Shown here one piece after another: positions 26,465-28,883 of a stretch of 28,883 nucleotides of DNA. Position numbers and translations under genes: made by a program. Numbering within the stretch: position 1 is the first letter of the stretch; every line of letters begins with the position of its first letter. The stretch spans positions 1 to 28,883 of the forward strand of contig CBFIGY010000036.1 of NCBI GenBank assembly GCA_965662235.1. Reading direction: 5' to 3'. This DNA is from an uncultured bacterium. GTDB taxonomy: Bacteria > SAR324 > NAC60-12. The notes below the pieces were generated by a model that saw only the letters and a program-made list of their open reading frames with translations, searched no databases and was not told the DNA's origin.

Positions 26465-28883
26465 TAATGCGATCCTTGTCCAAGGCGGGATTCCAACTGC
26501 TGGACCTCTTCCCAGGGGGGAGGGGGAAAGAAGCAAGAGGCCTGCGTGTCGGCCATGCCTCGTAGAAAGACATAAAACGCGCCCCCATATTGGCGGGTGT
26601 ACTGTTCTTCCGTCCGGATCCCCAACCAGCGCAGGACGGCGATGAGGTAGATTTCCAGCTGCAGCTGGTACTGCGTCCGAACCGTTTCCTCAAGGGTCGC
26701 AGGACGGTAATCGCTCAGGCGATTGCTCTTCCAGTCCAGAAAGTAGGTCTTCTCTCCCTTCCGGAGGACGAGGTCGATGCTGCCTTGCAGGAATCCATTC
26801 CGGACCGTCCAAGGCTGTCCCCAAGTGTCGGTGGAGGAAGCAGACGCTTGAGGCTGCAGCAGGTGAAAACGGCCGGTTTCAGGCTCCGGAAGAGGAAAGT
26901 GAAACTCCAGCTCATGGAGTCGTTCGGAACACTGATGCAGGATCAGCTCCGGATCCTTTAGCAGCGGATTTTGGAGGGTGTGCCAGAGCAGCTCTGCCGC
27001 TCGGGTCGACGCTTCCGGAGGCAGTTGGTAGCGCAAGCGGGTGTCTTCAAAGAGGTGCTGCACCCGCGGGTTCTGCAACCACTCGTCTGGAGACGCAACC
27101 GCAGCAGACTCATACTCCACCTGTTCCAGCAGCGTGTGCAGGAAGTTCCCCGTCTGGACGCCTCCGGGCAACAGTCGATCCTGCTCATTGGCTGGGCCGA
27201 CCTCGGGGGCCGGCTCATCGGGTTCCCGACCTTCGGTCAGCTGATCAGCAGGCCGCAGGTGTCGGGACTCTTCGGCGCGCTTGTGCCAGCGGGAGAAGGA
27301 GCCAATCTGAAATCCCAGGTGGGCCTTCCGGAGGGCTGCGAAGTGGGCTTCTGGCGCCGGAGTGGGTTCGGGAAGCTGATCCAGCCAGCGAGGGTTCTGC
27401 GGTAGCGCTGCCGCCAAGGCCTGGTACTGCTCGGTGAGGGACGCCAGCTGAGACACCCGCTGCTTCGAGGCGCCGAGGGCAATCGGCTGCTTCGAGTAGA
27501 GGTCCGGAGCGTGCTGGACCAGTTCCGTTAAGGAGGGCTGAAGGGCGTGCATCATGGCTCCCGCAGCGAGCGGCAGCACGGTTTTGGCCGGCTGTTTGGG
27601 GCCTGTTGCGGTTTCTGGAACCTCAGGCAGATACGGCAGATAGAGCCGTCCTGCAGCCCGGGTCAGGGCCACGTACAGCAGCCGCTGATTCTCTGCCTGG
27701 ATCTCCTGATCAATCAGGCTCTTGGCGTCCGAATCCGGAAGCAGGTCGTACACGCGCTGCTCCTTGAGGTGATAGCTCCACACCGTCTGGCGGTTGCTGG
27801 CGCCTCGGACGCCTCCAAGGTCGAGGAAAACGACCGGAAACTCGAGACCCTTCGAGGTGTGGATGGTCATCAGCTGAACGGCTTCCTTTTGTGCATCCTG
27901 CCGAAGGGTGTCGTCGCCTTCGTCTTCATCTTGCTGAGGATTTTCCACCATCCGCTGCAGCCACGCAGCAAGGTCGTTGAGGGAGTAGTTCCGGGCCAAG
28001 GCAACGCTGCTGAGTCGCTCCAGCAGTTGTTGGTAGTTGAAGACGCTCCGTGAGTCGGAATTCAACAGCAGCTCGCGTTCCAGCACCTGTGTCTGGTGCA
28101 GCACCTGTTCCAGAAGCTGGACAAAGCGCCGCTGTTCCGCCAGTTGATTCCATTCCAGGAAACGGTGCCGCAGCTTTGAAAATTCCGAGGCTTCCCACGC
28201 GCTTGAGAGCTGCTGCAGGGAAAGGTTGAAGAACCGGGTCAGCCAGGCCTTCTGGACCCAGGCACGTTGGGTGGGAAAACGGATCGCATTGAGGAGGTCC
28301 AGCCACTCCAGCGCCTCTCGGCTCTGAAACAAGCCCGCCTGTCGGTAAAAGGTGTACGGCAGCCCAACGCGCTCCAGCTCTTTCCCCATGGCAACCGCTG
28401 CTGAACGGGTGCGGGTGAGGATGCAGATGTCCCGAAGCTTGAGGGGACCGGTGGTTCCAGATTTATCGCACCAGTCCGGAGGCTGTTGCTGCAGCCTCAG
28501 AATTTCCTGAGCCATGGCCTGCTGCAGCGCCTGGTTGACTCCTGGGGCTTTGGTGTCTAGGCAGTGTCGAAAGAGCGGGTTCCGGAGCACGTGCCAGCGT
28601 TCTTCAGGAAGCACCTCCCTGAGCGCCTGGTCAAATGCCGCGACTCCCACAAAGGTTTGGTGGGCCAGACTCGCAATCAGCTGACGGGCCTCCTCCTCCT
28701 TAAGGTCCTTGAGCACCCCGGTTTTTGAGGGCTTCAGGACAGACTTCCCTGAAGTCTGTACCGTAAACCGTGGAGGCACCTCCAGCAGGTGCAACGCACG
28801 GCGGTCTGCGGACCCTGTGAGGGCGACTTTGGGGTTGCCGCAGGCCACCGGACGGTAGAGGATGGCGTTTGGTTCTGTGGGAG
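26464..28883 (-). CDS. recB: RecB-type helicase-nuclease, C-terminal part (5' end outside the window)
   Basis: The frame is open to the window edge. Helicase motifs ICILTRT, VQLMTIHTSKGLEFPVVF, RLLYVALTRA. Nuclease motifs GNFLHTLLE, ELEF, GSIDLV, DWKSN, YQLQLEIY. Confidence 0.9.
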   Translation of the reverse strand, partial: PTEPNAILYRPVACGNPKVALTGSADRRALHLLEVPPRFTVQTSGKSVLKPSKTGVLKDLKEEEARQLIASLAHQTFVGVAAFDQALREVLPEERWHVLRNPLFRHCLDTKAPGVNQALQQAMAQEILRLQQQPPDWCDKSGTTGPLKLRDICILTRTRSAAVAMGKELERVGLPYTFYRQAGLFQSREALEWLDLLNAIRFPTQRAWVQKAWLTRFFNLSLQQLSSAWEASEFSKLRHRFLEWNQLAEQRRFVQLLEQVLHQTQVLERELLLNSDSRSVFNYQQLLERLSSVALARNYSLNDLAAWLQRMVENPQQDEDEGDDTLRQDAQKEAVQLMTIHTSKGLEFPVVFLDLGGVRGASNRQTVWSYHLKEQRVYDLLPDSDAKSLIDQEIQAENQRLLYVALTRAAGRLYLPYLPEVPETATGPKQPAKTVLPLAAGAMMHALQPSLTELVQHAPDLYSKQPIALGASKQRVSQLASLTEQYQALAAALPQNPRWLDQLPEPTPAPEAHFAALRKAHLGFQIGSFSRWHKRAEESRHLRPADQLTEGREPDEPAPEVGPANEQDRLLPGGVQTGNFLHTLLEQVEYESAAVASPDEWLQNPRVQHLFEDTRLRYQLPPEASTRAAELLWHTLQNPLLKDPELILHQCSERLHELEFHFPLPEPETGRFHLLQPQASASSTDTWGQPWTVRNGFLQGSIDLVLRKGEKTYFLDWKSNRLSDYRPATLEETVRTQYQLQLEIYLIAVLRWLGIRTEEQYTRQYGGAFYVFLRGMADTQASCFFPPPPWEEVQQLESRLGQGSH

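Overview
GC-rich bacterial chromosomal segment from a diderm organism (lpxD, bamD, cpoB-like), densely packed with mostly housekeeping genes. No integrase, transposase or CRISPR array is visible. Gene order: partial AT-richer alpha/beta hydrolase; tRNA-Ser(CGA); HemJ/CopD-like membrane protein; 63-aa ORF-moeA-lpxD-yggT; (minus) metC, REC/HATPase regulator-bamD-cpoB-like; scpB; membrane hypothetical; membrane-anchored thioredoxin-like gene; GlcG/HbpS-family protein; solitary rplC; yggU-large TPR protein; (minus) LacI regulator, sugar ABC ATPase, P1/S58 peptidase, 72-aa ORF; solitary nuoM; (minus) recB (partial)-GspL/PilM-like-tricorn protease-membrane protein. The main finding is a probable selenoprotein that the ORF track splits in two. 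9573..10013 has an in-frame TGA at the first position of a thioredoxin U-x-x-C motif, followed by a SECIS-like hairpin, and lies next to an exported two-Cys heme-binding-family protein. Other notable points: rplC outside the S10 operon with an AT-rich inverted repeat in its leader, an aspartate-less receiver coupled to bamD, clamp-binding-like motifs in a microprotein and in ScpB, a LacI operator, and several orphan subunits.
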